Part shown: piece by piece, positions 50,619 to 64,000 of the stretch
Position numbering within the stretch: the first letter of the stretch is position 1
How the letters are laid out: the number at the start of each line of letters is the position of its first letter
The notes under the pieces: model-generated
What the model was told of the DNA's origin: nothing
What the model saw: only the letters and a program-made list of their open reading frames with translations
Databases searched by the model: none
Source: Rhodospirillales bacterium
Lineage (GTDB): Bacteria; Pseudomonadota; Alphaproteobacteria; Bin95
Reading direction: 5' to 3'
NCBI GenBank assembly: GCA_008081395.1
Contig: VMCJ01000071.1
Span: 27,420-91,419, forward strand
DNA: 64,000 nt
Made by a program: the position numbers and the translations under genes

Positions 50619-51301
50619 GTGACATTGGTCAAATTGCATATTTGATCTCGATATGGGCCCTACCTGTAGTTTTAGCAATTACGATTCATGAGGCGGGGCA
50701 CGCTTATGCTGCGTATTGGCTTGGTGACGACTTTGCCCACAGAAATGGCCGCACTTCCCTGAACCCCTTGGTTCACATAGATCTTTTCGGTACCTTGTTA
50801 CTTCCAGCACTTCTGCTGATTACGAGTGCTGGATTTATTATTGGCTACGCGAAGCCAGTGCCTGTATTTTTTAAAAGGCTAAAGCCTGAACGTATTGGCA
50901 CAGCCCTAGTGGCGTTGGCGGGACCATTAGCGAATATAGTTCTCGCACTTTTAGGAGCGGTTTTACTCTACATCGTTCCGTTATTGCCCAACCTCGTCGG
51001 TTCTTGGCTCGAACCAAACCTAAAAAATTTAATTATTGTTAATGCGCTGCTGGCGGCGTTCAACATGTTACCCTTGCCCCCCCTCGATGGTGGAAGAGTT
51101 ATGATGGTGGTGCTTCCTGCTCGGGTTTCAGAACGGATCCAGGTTTTTGAGCGCTTTGGCATTCTTTTAGTTTTTGGTCTAGCGTTAATTCTACCCCCTC
51201 TTTTATCGGAGTTTGGCATTAGATTTAACCCAATAGCCGACTGGGCCGTTGGAGGCGCGGGCTTTATTCTTTCCATGGTTTACGGGATAACCGGCTGGTG
51301 A
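50615..51301 (+). CDS. Site-2-protease-like M50 family zinc metalloprotease (membrane)
   Basis: HEAGHAYAA HExxH motif inside a TM helix; polytopic; 228 aa. Confidence 0.7.
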   Translation: MSDIGQIAYLISIWALPVVLAITIHEAGHAYAAYWLGDDFAHRNGRTSLNPLVHIDLFGTLLLPALLLITSAGFIIGYAKPVPVFFKRLKPERIGTALVALAGPLANIVLALLGAVLLYIVPLLPNLVGSWLEPNLKNLIIVNALLAAFNMLPLPPLDGGRVMMVVLPARVSERIQVFERFGILLVFGLALILPPLLSEFGIRFNPIADWAVGGAGFILSMVYGITGW

Positions 51302-52092
51302 TGAACGAGACTGTTGAATTTGAACCGGACTTTCCTAAGCCTCGCAATCAATTGGTTGTCGATCTAGGTTTGTATGAAGGACCGGTCGACCTTTTGTTAC
51401 AAATGGCAAGAGATCAAAAGGTAGATCTTTTGCAGATATCAATTTTAAAATTAGCCGAGCAATATCTGGCGTTTATTGAAGAAGCAAAGGGACTGGAATT
51501 AGAGATTGCTGCTGACTATCTCGTCATGGCTGCGTGGTTGGCATATCTTAAATCACGCCTTCTTCTTCCAAAGGAGGAAGTCCTACCTGAAGATGGGCCT
51601 TCGCCTGAGGCAATGGCTGCCGCGCTAGCGCAGCGCCTTCAACGATTGGCTGTTTTACAGGAAGCCGCGAAAGAACTGCTTAGCCGCCCACGCCTTGGAA
51701 TTGATAGGTTTTCAAGAGGAAAAGAAGAAGCTCTCCCCGAAGACGTAACCTCCAGACCGATAACCGATATAACTGAATTGCTTCAAGCTTATGCTGGTAT
51801 CCAGAGACGCACCCGCAGTCGCGCGCTATCAATTCGGCGATCTAACCTTCACACGGTGGAAGCTGCTATAACCCGTCTCACCGCTATGCTGGGAATAGGT
51901 ATGGAGTGGCAGACTATGGAGACTTTTCTGCCGCTTATAACAGGTGATCCAATAATGCGACGCAGTGCCTGGGCTTCTACCTTTGCTGCAAGTCTGCAGC
52001 TTAGCAAAGATGGTAAGCTGGCAATTCGCCAGGACAATCTGTTTGGTCCAATTTATTTACGCGCTCAAGAGAATGCCCAAATTGATGACTGA
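51298..52092 (+). CDS. scpA: Segregation and condensation protein A
   Basis: ScpA N-terminal motif (GPVDLLLQMARDQKVDLLQISILKLAEQYL). Confidence 0.85.
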   Translation: MMNETVEFEPDFPKPRNQLVVDLGLYEGPVDLLLQMARDQKVDLLQISILKLAEQYLAFIEEAKGLELEIAADYLVMAAWLAYLKSRLLLPKEEVLPEDGPSPEAMAAALAQRLQRLAVLQEAAKELLSRPRLGIDRFSRGKEEALPEDVTSRPITDITELLQAYAGIQRRTRSRALSIRRSNLHTVEAAITRLTAMLGIGMEWQTMETFLPLITGDPIMRRSAWASTFAASLQLSKDGKLAIRQDNLFGPIYLRAQENAQIDD

Positions 52093-52795
52093 TGATAGCC
52101 CCGCTCTCGACGTAGGTCCTGAATTAGAGAACCCAGAAAAGCTAGAGCTGGCAGAACGATTAGCCGAGGCAATTCTATTTGCTTCTCCTTTACCCGTGGA
52201 GGAGCCCGCTCTTGCTGAGCGTCTACCCAAAGGTACGGATATTGCTCGCGTTATGTCACGACTGCAGGATCGTTATCGTAGCCGTGGTGTACATGTCATG
52301 AGGGTTGCCGGCGGCTGGGTTTTCCAAACTGCTCCAGATCTTGCTGCTGCACTTACTGTGGAGCGAGAGGAAATAAAGAAGCTTACCCGAGCTCAAGTCG
52401 AGACTCTTGCCATAATCGCGTATCACCAACCCATAACGAGACCCGAAATTGAGCGCATGCGTGGCGTATCTTTATCTAGTGGTGTGATGGATGCCTTGTT
52501 GGATCTAGGGTGGATTCGACCCGGCAGACGACGCGATGCCCCGGGCAAGCCTTTAACATGGGTGACAAGCAATGAATTTTTGCTTCACTTTGGTCTAAAT
52601 GCAGTCAGCGATCTTCCAGGAATTAAAGAGCTGGAGCAGTTAGGCCTGCTTGATGAACACGCGTCCTCCATTTCAGACTTTACTCATCGAGAAGAAGAAT
52701 TAGAACTGCCTAGTCCAGCAGCCTCTGTAGATCCTGATGCAGAAGCAGCCGCTGACCTTGGCCAACATTTGGATCCTGATGAAGGGGGGCGCTAG
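52085..52795 (+). CDS. scpB: Segregation and condensation protein B
   Basis: Tandem winged-helix ScpB core (LAIIAYHQPITRPEIERMRGV); start moved to the ATG at 52085 (MTDDSPAL), an 8-bp overlap with scpA instead of the track's 128-bp overlap. Confidence 0.8.
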   Translation: MTDDSPALDVGPELENPEKLELAERLAEAILFASPLPVEEPALAERLPKGTDIARVMSRLQDRYRSRGVHVMRVAGGWVFQTAPDLAAALTVEREEIKKLTRAQVETLAIIAYHQPITRPEIERMRGVSLSSGVMDALLDLGWIRPGRRRDAPGKPLTWVTSNEFLLHFGLNAVSDLPGIKELEQLGLLDEHASSISDFTHREEELELPSPAASVDPDAEAAADLGQHLDPDEGGR

Positions 52796-52798
52796 ACC

Positions 52799-54481
52799 CT
52801 AACTTCGTGCTATTGGTTTGTACTTAATTCTTTGAGGCTGGTCGGCGTCTTTCCCAAGGCGCCGTTTTTTATCAATTTCATAGTCCTCATAATTTCCTTC
52901 AAACCACTCCACATGGCTATCCCCCTCAAAAGCCATAATATGAGTGGCGATGCGGTCCAGAAACCATCGATCATGGCTAATCACGACTGCGCAGCCTGGG
53001 AACGTAAGAAGTGCCTCTTCAAGCGCCCGTAGCGTATCAACATCAAGATCATTTGTGGGTTCGTCTAAAAGGAGAACATTGGCCCCGGACTTCAGCATTT
53101 TTGCCAGATGTACTCGGTTACGTTCACCACCCGACAATTGCCCCACGCGCTTTTGTTGATCTGACCCTTTGAAATTAAAAGCGCCTACGTAAGCACGGCT
53201 AGGTGCTTGACGCTTCCCAAGTTCAATGACGTCAAGTCCATCAGATATCTCTTCCCATACGGTTTTTTCTGGACTGAGCGCGTCACGGTTCTGATCGATG
53301 TATCCAAGACTGACTGTGTCGCCCACCTTCAGAGCCCCAGAGTCAGGGGTCTCCTGTCCAGTAAGCATTCTGAACAGGGTTGTCTTGCCGGCGCCATTTG
53401 GCCCCACAACCCCAACAATGCCGCCAGGAGGCAGTCGGAAAGTGAGGTCATCAATTAATAGTCTATCACCAAACGCCTTGGTGAGGTGTGTTGCCTCGAT
53501 AACGTTGTCGCCCAGTCGTTCCCCAGGAGGAATTACAATTTGGGCCGTTTCCAGAGTTTCCTTTCCAGCCTCTGCTACCAGAGCATCATAAGCTTGTATC
53601 CGAGCCCTATTTTTAGCTTGGCGAGCTCGAGGCGACTGACGTACCCATTCGAGTTCCTGGGAGATGGTGCGCTGGCGTGCCTTCTCCTGTCGTTCTTCTT
53701 GGAGAAGCCGCTTCTGTTTCTGTTCAAGCCAACCGGTGTAGTTGCCTTCGTAGGGGATGCCCTTTCCTCTATCTAGTTCGAGTATCCATCCGGCAACATT
53801 ATCTAGAAAGTAGCGATCATGAGTTACTGCCACGACAGTTCCAGGAAAGTCGTGGAGAAAGCGCTCTAGCCAGGCCACTGATTCTGCGTCGAGGTGGTTA
53901 GTTGGTTCGTCAAGCAAAAGCATGTCTGGATTGGAGAGTAAAAGCCGGCAGAGTGCTACTCGTCGTTTTTCACCTCCAGAAAGGTTGGTGATGTCGGCAT
54001 TGCCTGGAGGACAGCGAAGAGCGTCCATCGCAATCTCAACCTTGCGTTCAATTTCCCAACCATCAACAGCATCAATTTGTTCCTGCAATTCGCCTTGTTC
54101 GGCGATTGCCTGGTTCATTTCATCGTCGGAGAGCTCTTCTGCAAATTTCATGGAAACTTCATTGAATCGGTCTATGAGGGATTGAATTTCCCCCACACCC
54201 TCCATGACATTTCCCATAACGTCTTTAGCCGGGTTAAGCTCGGGCTCTTGAGGAAGGTACCCTACCTTAACCCCTTCAGCAGCCCATGCTTCTCCTTGAA
54301 ACTCTCGGTCCACGCCAGCCATAATTTTGAGCAAAGTGGATTTACCAGCGCCGTTAGCACCAAGCACGCCAATCTTGGCGCCAGGTAAGAATGACAGCCA
54401 TATATTTTCTAATGTTTTCTTCCCCCCAGGGTATACTTTTGAGAGGTCCTTCATCACATAAATGTATTGATACGACGCCAT
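52799..54481 (-). CDS. ettA: ABC-F family energy-dependent translational throttle protein EttA
   Basis: Two ABC cassettes (GANGAGKST and GPNGAGKTT Walker A; LSGGEKRR and LSGGERNR signatures) with an inter-domain linker; ~560 aa. Confidence 0.9.
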   Translation of the reverse strand: MASYQYIYVMKDLSKVYPGGKKTLENIWLSFLPGAKIGVLGANGAGKSTLLKIMAGVDREFQGEAWAAEGVKVGYLPQEPELNPAKDVMGNVMEGVGEIQSLIDRFNEVSMKFAEELSDDEMNQAIAEQGELQEQIDAVDGWEIERKVEIAMDALRCPPGNADITNLSGGEKRRVALCRLLLSNPDMLLLDEPTNHLDAESVAWLERFLHDFPGTVVAVTHDRYFLDNVAGWILELDRGKGIPYEGNYTGWLEQKQKRLLQEERQEKARQRTISQELEWVRQSPRARQAKNRARIQAYDALVAEAGKETLETAQIVIPPGERLGDNVIEATHLTKAFGDRLLIDDLTFRLPPGGIVGVVGPNGAGKTTLFRMLTGQETPDSGALKVGDTVSLGYIDQNRDALSPEKTVWEEISDGLDVIELGKRQAPSRAYVGAFNFKGSDQQKRVGQLSGGERNRVHLAKMLKSGANVLLLDEPTNDLDVDTLRALEEALLTFPGCAVVISHDRWFLDRIATHIMAFEGDSHVEWFEGNYEDYEIDKKRRLGKDADQPQRIKYKPIARS

Positions 54482-54620
54482 ATCTGGGTGGCCCCTTATG
54501 GTAGAAAATATAACAGAATGAACGTGCTTCTAGCGTGGGTGGGTATTCCTCGCAATCTGGTAGCTCAGACTTTCGTCCAAAAAAACTTAACAAAAAAACA
54601 AAATGACACTCTTTTTGAAT

Positions 54621-55577
54621 TTAGGCTCGAGGATGAGCAGCTCTGTAGGCATCAAGCAGCCGTGCCTTGTCGACGCCTAAGTAGCGCTGTGTTGTTGAAA
54701 GTCCTGCGTGGCCAAGAAGTTCTTGGATGGTCCGAAGGTCACCACCAGCTTCTAACAAGTGAGTTGCAAAGCTATGGCGTAAAGCATGAGGGGTAGCGCT
54801 TTCTGGCAATCCTAAGTTTACCCGTATTTCCCTCATGCGCCGCCGAGCAATGCCATCAGCTAAAAGCCCGCCTCTTACGCCTAAAAATAGTGGCCCATCT
54901 TTTCCGACTTGATGAGGGCAGGCAGCCAAATAAGAATCTACGGCTAGACGTGCTGATGGAATGACCGGCACCATTCGCGTTTTTCCACCCTTGCCCGTTA
55001 CAGTGAGTGTTTCCCCTAAAGGTGCTTGGCTGCGGGTAAGAGACAATGCCTCTCCTATACGCAATCCTGCTCCATAAAGAAGAAAAAATAGAGCATGATC
55101 GCGTAGCGCTACCCAAGCTTCCGCTTCTGGTCGTGGCAGTGTAGCTGCTTCCTTGAGGACAGCCTTTGCCGTTTGAATACCAAGTGGTCGAGGCTGACGT
55201 TTGGGTTGCTTTGGTGCACGAACGGCCGAAGCGGCCGACTCCTTAATGAGCTCTTGCCTAGTTAGAAAACGCATCAACCCTCGGACTGCTGCAAGTCCCC
55301 TGGCCCGACTTGAAGCAGAAATTCCCTTTGCAGCGCGCCTAGCAAGCCATGCTCGATAGTCGCGAATATGTAAACGCTCGATGGCTGCTAAATCTGGTGT
55401 TTCACCAAGGTGCTCTATAAGAAATGCCATGAACTCAGAAACGTCAGTTAGATAGGCCTTTTCTGTATTCTCGGCGAGGCGACGTTGCCCTCTCAACCAA
55501 TCTCTCCAGAGGGCTATTGCTCTGGCAAGATTCGGCGCTATCCCAGTGAGGTTTAAATCGGATCTGGAAGAAATCAT
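54621..55577 (-). CDS. xerC: Tyrosine recombinase XerC
   Basis: R..H..R..Y catalytic signature region (HALRHSFATHLLEAGGDLRTIQELLGHAGLSTTQRY); sits immediately downstream of a DUF484 gene, as in the dapF-yigA-xerC arrangement. Confidence 0.85.
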   Translation of the reverse strand: MISSRSDLNLTGIAPNLARAIALWRDWLRGQRRLAENTEKAYLTDVSEFMAFLIEHLGETPDLAAIERLHIRDYRAWLARRAAKGISASSRARGLAAVRGLMRFLTRQELIKESAASAVRAPKQPKRQPRPLGIQTAKAVLKEAATLPRPEAEAWVALRDHALFFLLYGAGLRIGEALSLTRSQAPLGETLTVTGKGGKTRMVPVIPSARLAVDSYLAACPHQVGKDGPLFLGVRGGLLADGIARRRMREIRVNLGLPESATPHALRHSFATHLLEAGGDLRTIQELLGHAGLSTTQRYLGVDKARLLDAYRAAHPRA

Positions 55578-56290
55578 TCGCTAATATCTGGTGTGAAATC
55601 AAGCCAAGCAGAGAAAGTTCCACCGAGCGCCTGTCCAAGAAAAACCAGGAGATCATCGCCGTCGTCAGGGGTAAAGGTATTAACCTCGCGACCACCTATT
55701 GCTAAGAGAGCTTTGGGCGCGGTTGAGCCCATATCTATCCGAACCAGCGCCGCGGATTTTATAATTCCTGAGACCGGCCCAAACAGGGTAGGGTCAGGTT
55801 CTAAATCTGCAATAAAGCGAGATTGTTTTAGATTGCCCCCAAGATAGGCATCTATGTCGCCAAATCGCACTTGACGGACGTTTTGAGGACCTGAGCTTTC
55901 TGCTCTATCTGTTTCTATACAAAGAGTAACTGCTTCGTACCCTAGGATTTCAGGATAGCGTTCCGTAATTGCCTCAATCAACGCTTCAAAACTAGCAGCC
56001 CGAATGGCTGTAAGCGTAGCTTCGAAGATCGAGGCTTGATTGGACAAATTAGTCCGAGAAAGAGCGAGCAAATCCCGCCAATTTGCTTTTAATTTATCTA
56101 ATTCTTCACGATGGCGTTTGACCATTGCATGCTGCAAATCGACCACGCTTCCACCACCTCTGTCCGGTGGATTTAATGCAGCTAGAACATCGGGTCTCTC
56201 AATGAGAAAATTAGGGTTTTCTTTTAACCAGCCAGCAACTTCCTCTGCGTTTAGAGTAGAAACGGGAGAAGCTGCACTTTGAGATGTCAA
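55574..56290 (-). CDS. DUF484-family protein (YigA-like)
   Basis: N-terminus [19 protein letters not shown] typical of DUF484; 4-bp overlap with xerC. Confidence 0.65.
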   Translation of the reverse strand: MTSQSAASPVSTLNAEEVAGWLKENPNFLIERPDVLAALNPPDRGGGSVVDLQHAMVKRHREELDKLKANWRDLLALSRTNLSNQASIFEATLTAIRAASFEALIEAITERYPEILGYEAVTLCIETDRAESSGPQNVRQVRFGDIDAYLGGNLKQSRFIADLEPDPTLFGPVSGIIKSAALVRIDMGSTAPKALLAIGGREVNTFTPDDGDDLLVFLGQALGGTFSAWLDFTPDISE

Positions 56291-56943
56291 AGAATTGACT
56301 GCCCGGTTGATGCCCAGTCGGCTAAGAAGGCTTCTAAGCCTTTGTCAGTTAGGGGGTGATTATACAATTGTCTTATGACGTTTGGGGGAATTGTAGCGAC
56401 ATGTGCCCCCGCTTTTGCGGCTGCTAGAACATGTGCCGTATGGCGAATTGATGCGGCAAGCACTTCGGTCCCTAAGGATGGGTAATTGTCGTATATGCCA
56501 ACGATATCTTCGATAAGAAACATTCCGTCTTCGCCTATATCGTCTAACCTTCCCACAAACGGGGATACAAAGCTTGCTCCTGCTTTTGCAGCTAAAAGAG
56601 CCTGATTTGCCGAGAAACATAGGGTTACATTAACCATTATCCCGTCATCGGACAGAGCTTTGCACGTTTTGAGGCCATCAACTGTAAGCGGCACCTTTAC
56701 CGTTACGTTAGAAGCAATTTTGGAGAGTTTTTGTCCCTCCTTGAGCATTGTTTCAAAGTCAGTTGCAGCAACTTCGGCAGACACTGGGCCGTCAACAAGT
56801 TCACAGATTTCGCTGATGACATCCAAGATTTTACGACCAGACTTTGCTATCAATGAAGGGTTGGTTGTTACCCCATCCAGTAGTCCAGTAGCTGCTAAAT
56901 CTTTTATTTCAGAGACGTCTGCCGTATCGACAAAGAACTTCAT
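56287..56943 (-). CDS. Transaldolase-family protein (short-type transaldolase / fructose-6-phosphate aldolase)
   Basis: [33 protein letters not shown]-terminus and Schiff-base Lys region; start taken at MKFF. Confidence 0.85.
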   Translation of the reverse strand: MKFFVDTADVSEIKDLAATGLLDGVTTNPSLIAKSGRKILDVISEICELVDGPVSAEVAATDFETMLKEGQKLSKIASNVTVKVPLTVDGLKTCKALSDDGIMVNVTLCFSANQALLAAKAGASFVSPFVGRLDDIGEDGMFLIEDIVGIYDNYPSLGTEVLAASIRHTAHVLAAAKAGAHVATIPPNVIRQLYNHPLTDKGLEAFLADWASTGQSIL

Positions 56944-56997
56944 TGCGGGCCATCCTTTTTGCAAACCGCTTCAACTTAAGGATCTATTAAATAACCT

Positions 56998-59202
56998 ATG
57001 CCGGATCTTGAAGCCAGCATTGTAGACGATTTGATCGACGAAACCCTTGTCGTTCGTCCTGTTTTGACTACGGCCCCCCTTAGTACGGCTTTATCCTATC
57101 TTGCGCCGCCAGAGCTCCCTCCTGGCTCTCTTGTCGAGGTGCCTCTAGGTGGCCGCATGGCTATTGGAGTTATTTGGGATGGTGTTGGCGATCCAAATAT
57201 TGATTTGGCAAAGCTCAAATCAATACGGAGGCGTCTCGAAGCCCCTTTGTTACCCCAAGGCCTTCGGCGACTAATTGATTGGACGGCGGCATATCTGGTT
57301 GTACCTCCTGGAAATGTTTTGCGATTGTCATTGCCGAGAACTGTTTTATCTCCTCCACCCAGAAAGACAGTTTATCAGTCAGCAAAATCATATCCGGCCA
57401 ATGCTAGGCTTACGCCACAACGAAAGCGCATTTTGGCAACTTTAGCTAATGTGCCTCCCCTTCCAGCTGTTGAGGCCGCTCGATTGGCTGGAGTTGGTCA
57501 ACAAGTTGTGAGAGCAATGGCACAAGCAGGCCTCCTCAACAGTCATGAAGTCTCTAGCGATGACCCAGCGGAGGTGATGACAAACTTTAAGAAGCCAGCA
57601 TTATCTTCAAACCAAGCTTCAGCTGCGGAGGTTCTTCGTCAGAGGGTATGCGCATCTGCATTTTCTGTTGATTTATTGGATGGCGTTACTGGATCAGGAA
57701 AGACAGTAGTGTACATGGAAGCAATTGCTGCAGCGCTTTCAATGGGCCGACAAACTCTATGCCTCGTTCCAGAAATTTCCCTGACAGATCAGTGGCTGAA
57801 GCGCTTTACTGATCGATTCGGAGCTAAGCCGATCATTTGGCACTCAGAATTGGGTGGCGCAGCGCGTCGCAGAGCGTGGAGGGCAATAGCGGATGGGTCA
57901 GCGTCTGTAGTTGTTGGCGCTCGTTCGGCCACTTTTTTACCATTTAAAAACCTTGGTCTAATAGTGATAGATGAAGAACACGAAGCTGCCTACAAGCAGG
58001 ACGATGGGGTCAGGTATCAAGCTCGGGATATTGCCGTAGTTCGTGGCCGGCTTGAACAAGCCTCTGTTGTGTTGGCGTCAGCTACCCCATCTCTTGAAAC
58101 CTTGAATAACGTCCAGCGTGGCAGATATGGGCGCGTAGAGCTCCCTTCTAGACACGGGGTGGCAGTAAAGCCTGAGGTCGATTTAATCGATCTTAGGGCA
58201 ACACCACCTGAACGCGGTTTTTGGTTGGCACAACCGATGGTCGAGTCCATCGAAAAAACACTTTCTGCTGGAGAACAAACCCTCCTTTTTTTAAATCGTA
58301 GAGGCTATGCACCACTAACCTTATGTCGATCCTGTGGTTCGCGTGTTGAATGTCCTAGTTGCAGCGCTTGGTTGGTTGAGCACAGGCTAAATGGCCGCCT
58401 AATTTGCCATCACTGCGGCTTTTCCAAACGATTTCCAAACTCATGTGAAGATTGTGGGGTTGAGGGCCAGCTTACTGCTTCCGGTCCTGGGGTAGAGAGA
58501 GTTGCTGAAGAAGCTCGCAATCGTTGGCCAAAAGCACGCATCGAAATCGCTTCTTCTGACACCCTATCGGGGCCATCAGCAATACAAGAATTCATTCGAG
58601 CAATGCTTGAGGGGGAAATAGATATTGCAGTTGGTACGCAGGTTCTTGCGAAAGGCCATCATTTTCCGAATTTGACGTTAGTGGGCATAGTGGATGGCGA
58701 CCTTGGTCTCGGGGGCGGAGACTTAAGGGCTGGAGAGCGGTCCTTTCAATTGTTGACTCAAGCGTCTGGTAGAGCGGGCCGAGCTGAAAGACCTGGGCGA
58801 GCGCTTATTCAAACGCACCAACCAGACCATTCAGTGATGCAGGCTTTGATTTCAGGCGATCGTGACGCGTTTATCGATGCTGAGACGACGGCGCGAAAAT
58901 ATACCAAACTTCCTCCGTTTGGACGTCTCGCAGCCATAATAATTTCTGGGAGGGACTCAGCTGAATCTGAAAGGATGGCGCGTGCAATTGCTAAGTCGGC
59001 ACCCAACTACGACGATGTTCGAATTTTAGGTCCTGCGCCTGCGCCTATTGCTCAACTCAGGGGGCGTTGGCGTTGGCGTCTTCTAGTAATGGCCGCTCGA
59101 CATGTCGACGTGCAGGCGGTTCTAAGAGATTGGATAGGTGAAACAATTTCCAGAGGTGGTGTGAGAGTAACAATTGATGTTGATCCGTACAATTTTATGT
59201 GA
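56998..59202 (+). CDS. priA: Primosomal protein N' (replication restart helicase PriA)
   Basis: DEAH helicase motifs (GVTGSGKT, IVIDEEHE) and Cys-rich zinc-binding insert (CRSCGSRVECPSCSAWL...CHHCGF). Confidence 0.9.
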   Translation: MPDLEASIVDDLIDETLVVRPVLTTAPLSTALSYLAPPELPPGSLVEVPLGGRMAIGVIWDGVGDPNIDLAKLKSIRRRLEAPLLPQGLRRLIDWTAAYLVVPPGNVLRLSLPRTVLSPPPRKTVYQSAKSYPANARLTPQRKRILATLANVPPLPAVEAARLAGVGQQVVRAMAQAGLLNSHEVSSDDPAEVMTNFKKPALSSNQASAAEVLRQRVCASAFSVDLLDGVTGSGKTVVYMEAIAAALSMGRQTLCLVPEISLTDQWLKRFTDRFGAKPIIWHSELGGAARRRAWRAIADGSASVVVGARSATFLPFKNLGLIVIDEEHEAAYKQDDGVRYQARDIAVVRGRLEQASVVLASATPSLETLNNVQRGRYGRVELPSRHGVAVKPEVDLIDLRATPPERGFWLAQPMVESIEKTLSAGEQTLLFLNRRGYAPLTLCRSCGSRVECPSCSAWLVEHRLNGRLICHHCGFSKRFPNSCEDCGVEGQLTASGPGVERVAEEARNRWPKARIEIASSDTLSGPSAIQEFIRAMLEGEIDIAVGTQVLAKGHHFPNLTLVGIVDGDLGLGGGDLRAGERSFQLLTQASGRAGRAERPGRALIQTHQPDHSVMQALISGDRDAFIDAETTARKYTKLPPFGRLAAIIISGRDSAESERMARAIAKSAPNYDDVRILGPAPAPIAQLRGRWRWRLLVMAARHVDVQAVLRDWIGETISRGGVRVTIDVDPYNFM

Positions 59203-59414
59203 GGCGCGAATAAATTGCGGCAAATTGCAGCAAGCATACTCAGAGACCACAAATAAAAGTTGGACTCAGCTTGCATCGCGTGATTGGCCTGTGATAGCGA
59301 AGGCTTCGAATTTGAGATCGTCCTGAGCGTTGACGCTCGACGGCTCCCGTAATGGTGTTTTAGCAGTCGCTTTAGAAGGCAAAGAACACAAATTTTATAG
59401 GAAGGGGTCCATCG

Positions 59415-59975
59415 GTGGCTTCCCAAGCTGGATCGAGGTCCGGGATCGCGGGGCGGTATGCTTCGGCGCTCTACGAACTGGCTGATGAACAGAAGGCACT
59501 TGATGCCGTGGCGGACGACTTGCGCGCGTTCCGCGCGCTTCTTGGTGAAAGCGAAGATTTGGTTCGCTTGGTCCGGAGCCCAAATTTAGCACGTGAGAGC
59601 CAGGTTAAAGCTCTTCAGGCTATCGCTGCTAAGGCCGGAGCGCATTCGCTGTCCAGCAATTTTCTGGCATTAGTAGCAAAGAACCGTCGGCTCTTTGCCC
59701 TTGATGGGATCATCGGTGCTTTTCTAGAAATTTTAGCAGAGCGACGTGGCGAGGTTACAGCGCACGTCACATCTGCGAGAGAGCTGACAGATGAGCAGCT
59801 CGCAAAACTAACAGACGCGGTGAAAAGAACTGTTGGCGCACAAGCCCAGGTCGAAACCCACGTTGATCCTAAACTGCTGGGCGGACTTATTGTTCGGGTC
59901 GGTAGTCGTATGTATGACAGTTCGCTCAGCTCAAAGCTGCAGCGTCTTGAGAATTCCATGAAGGGAGCTGCTTGA
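59415..59975 (+). CDS. atpH: F0F1 ATP synthase subunit delta
   Basis: OSCP/delta N-terminus [13 protein letters not shown]; 4-bp overlap with atpA. Confidence 0.85.
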   Translation: MASQAGSRSGIAGRYASALYELADEQKALDAVADDLRAFRALLGESEDLVRLVRSPNLARESQVKALQAIAAKAGAHSLSSNFLALVAKNRRLFALDGIIGAFLEILAERRGEVTAHVTSARELTDEQLAKLTDAVKRTVGAQAQVETHVDPKLLGGLIVRVGSRMYDSSLSSKLQRLENSMKGAA

Positions 59976-61504
59976 TGGATATTCGGGCTGCCGAAATTTC
60001 CGCAATCCTAAAGAACGAAATTGCGAACTTTGGGACCGAGGCAAACGTTGCTGAAGTTGGACAGGTTCTCTCTGTCGGCGACGGCGTCGCTCGAGTTTAT
60101 GGCCTTGACCAGGTTCAAGCGGGCGAGATGGTTGAATTTGAGGACGGCACCAAAGGTATGGCGCTGAACTTAGAGACCGATAATGTCGGTGTTGTTATCT
60201 TCGGTGATGATAGAAATATCCAAGAAGGCGCTACCGTTAAGCGTACCGGCGATATCGTTGACGTTCCTGTTGGAAAAGGCCTGTTAGGCCGCGTCGTAGA
60301 TGGTCTTGGCAACCCAATTGATGGCAAGGGTCCAATTGAAGGAGCCGAGCGGCGGTTAGCTGAGGTCAAGGCCCCTGGAATTATTCCGCGCCAATCTGTC
60401 GATGAGCCAATGCAGACTGGAATTAAAGCTCTCGACGCTCTGGTTCCTATTGGCCGTGGCCAGCGCGAGCTTATCATCGGAGACCGTCAAACTGGAAAAA
60501 CAGCGGTTGCGATCGACGCGATCATCAACCAGAAAACTGTAAATTCTGGCGATGACGAAAAGCGCAAACTTTATTGTATTTACGTAGCGGTTGGACAGAA
60601 GCGCTCGTCCGTTGCTCAGGTCGTCAAGACCTTGGAAGAATACGGAGCAATGGAATACACTATTGTGGTGGCAGCATCGGCATCTGAGCCTGCACCTATG
60701 CAGTTTCTAGCCCCTTATGCTGGTTGCGCCATGGGCGAATGGTTCCGTGACAATGGAATGCATGCCTTAATCATTTATGATGATCTTTCAAAGCAAGCTA
60801 CAGCTTATCGACAGATGTCCCTGCTGTTAAGGCGCCCACCAGGTCGTGAAGCATATCCTGGTGACGTTTTCTATCTCCACAGCCGCTTACTTGAGCGCGC
60901 CGCTAAGATGTCGGATGCCAATGGCGGTGGGTCTCTTACGGCTCTACCAGTGATTGAAACACAAGGTAACGACGTATCGGCATTTATCCCAACGAACGTT
61001 ATTTCAATTACCGATGGGCAGATCTTCCTTGAGACAAATCTTTTCTACAAGGGTATCAGGCCTGCAATTAACGTTGGCCTATCTGTTAGCCGTGTAGGTT
61101 CGGCTGCTCAGACTAAAGCAATGAAGTCTGTGGCCGGTTCAATTAAACTTGAGTTAGCTCAATACAGAGAGATGGAAGCCTTTAGTCAGTTTGCGTCCGA
61201 CTTAGATGCAGCAACACAAAGACTGTTGGCTCGTGGATCGCGGTTAACAGAGATCCTGAAGCAGCCCCAATACACACCTCTTTCAGTTGCTGAACAGGTC
61301 GTATCCATTTTTGCTGGGGTTAACGGTTTCCTTGATCAAGTAGCAGTCCGCGATGTGACAAGGTTTGAAACAGCAATGCTCTCCGCTGCCAGAGATAAGC
61401 TGGCAAGTCTGATGGAGGACGTGAATTCAACGGGTCAGTTGTCGGACGACAATAAATCCAAGTTGAGCGAATTTTTGGGCGAATTCGTTAAGAATTTTGC
61501 TTGA
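59972..61504 (+). CDS. atpA: F0F1 ATP synthase subunit alpha
   Basis: Walker A GDRQTGKT; 510 aa. Confidence 0.97.
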   Translation: MMDIRAAEISAILKNEIANFGTEANVAEVGQVLSVGDGVARVYGLDQVQAGEMVEFEDGTKGMALNLETDNVGVVIFGDDRNIQEGATVKRTGDIVDVPVGKGLLGRVVDGLGNPIDGKGPIEGAERRLAEVKAPGIIPRQSVDEPMQTGIKALDALVPIGRGQRELIIGDRQTGKTAVAIDAIINQKTVNSGDDEKRKLYCIYVAVGQKRSSVAQVVKTLEEYGAMEYTIVVAASASEPAPMQFLAPYAGCAMGEWFRDNGMHALIIYDDLSKQATAYRQMSLLLRRPPGREAYPGDVFYLHSRLLERAAKMSDANGGGSLTALPVIETQGNDVSAFIPTNVISITDGQIFLETNLFYKGIRPAINVGLSVSRVGSAAQTKAMKSVAGSIKLELAQYREMEAFSQFASDLDAATQRLLARGSRLTEILKQPQYTPLSVAEQVVSIFAGVNGFLDQVAVRDVTRFETAMLSAARDKLASLMEDVNSTGQLSDDNKSKLSEFLGEFVKNFA

Positions 61505-61569
61505 TCGAGGCTTTTAGGGACATCAGGTCCTTTTAAGCGAACCTAGTTTGACGCGGGAAGCTAACGCGC

Positions 61570-63934
<2,365 letters not shown>

Positions 63935-63961
63935 TCTCATTGCCATCAGTTGGGGGCTGAA

Positions 63962-64000
63962 ATGGCCGATAATAAAGTCGCGTTTGAGTTAGTATCGCCA
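63962..64000 (+). CDS. atpC: F0F1 ATP synthase subunit epsilon (5' fragment at the window edge)
   Basis: MADNKVAFELVSP matches the epsilon-subunit N-terminus; truncated by the window end. Confidence 0.6.
   Translation, partial: MADNKVAFELVSP

Noticed and set aside
51965-52092. ORF-track start of scpB at 51965 (128-bp overlap with scpA)
   Set aside because: The in-frame ATG at 52085 (MTDDSPAL) gives a typical ScpB length and an 8-bp coupling overlap, so the upstream extension is likely untranslated.
52832-54388. Multiple 60-100 aa ORFs on the plus strand (e.g. 53207-53458, 53298-53591, 53922-54185, 54077-54388)
   Set aside because: All are antisense to the well-supported ettA ABC-F gene and have low-complexity composition. 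They are spurious six-frame ORFs.
54621-56290. xerC plus adjacent gene as a mobile-element integrase module
   Set aside because: The recombinase is co-transcribed with a DUF484 gene, exactly as in the conserved chromosomal yigA-xerC arrangement. No att-like repeats, tRNA target or cargo genes are nearby, so it is the housekeeping dimer-resolution recombinase.

Overview
This window reads as core alphaproteobacterial chromosome centred on the replication origin, with no mobile elements, CRISPR arrays, integrases or RNA genes found by eye.

The origin-proximal conserved gene block is parB-parA-rsmG-mnmG-mnmE-(small ORF)-rho-hemJ-hemE on the minus strand, then maf-aroE-coaE-dnaQ on the plus strand. 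The ~590-bp AT-rich non-coding gap between hemE and maf (27732-28317) carries several DnaA-box-like 9-mers and an AT-only stretch. I call it the chromosomal oriC. Two perfect 16-bp parS palindromes (TGTTTCACGTGAAACA) lie inside the mnmG coding sequence.

The rest is housekeeping: SEDS peptidoglycan polymerase, GMC oxidoreductase, YHS/TRASH-type Cu+-ATPase, xseA, purD, a LIV-type ABC transporter with a fused permease-ATPase, murA, the epmA-epmB-efp EF-P beta-lysylation module, argS, scpAB, ettA, xerC with a DUF484 gene, priA and the atpHAGDC F1 operon.

The least conventional gene set is a three-gene cluster at 38593-42082: a secreted Pro-rich protein with a degenerate OmpA-like C-terminus, a MotA/TolQ/ExbB-type channel protein with a ~180-aa cytoplasmic tail, and a MotB/TolR-like protein. 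The MotB-like protein has a TM Asp, a ~350-aa Ala/Glu/Arg-rich coiled coil and a canonical OmpA peptidoglycan-binding domain. That is a stator-like ion-driven module of unknown function. It is not a canonical Zorya system. Everything else looks ordinary.
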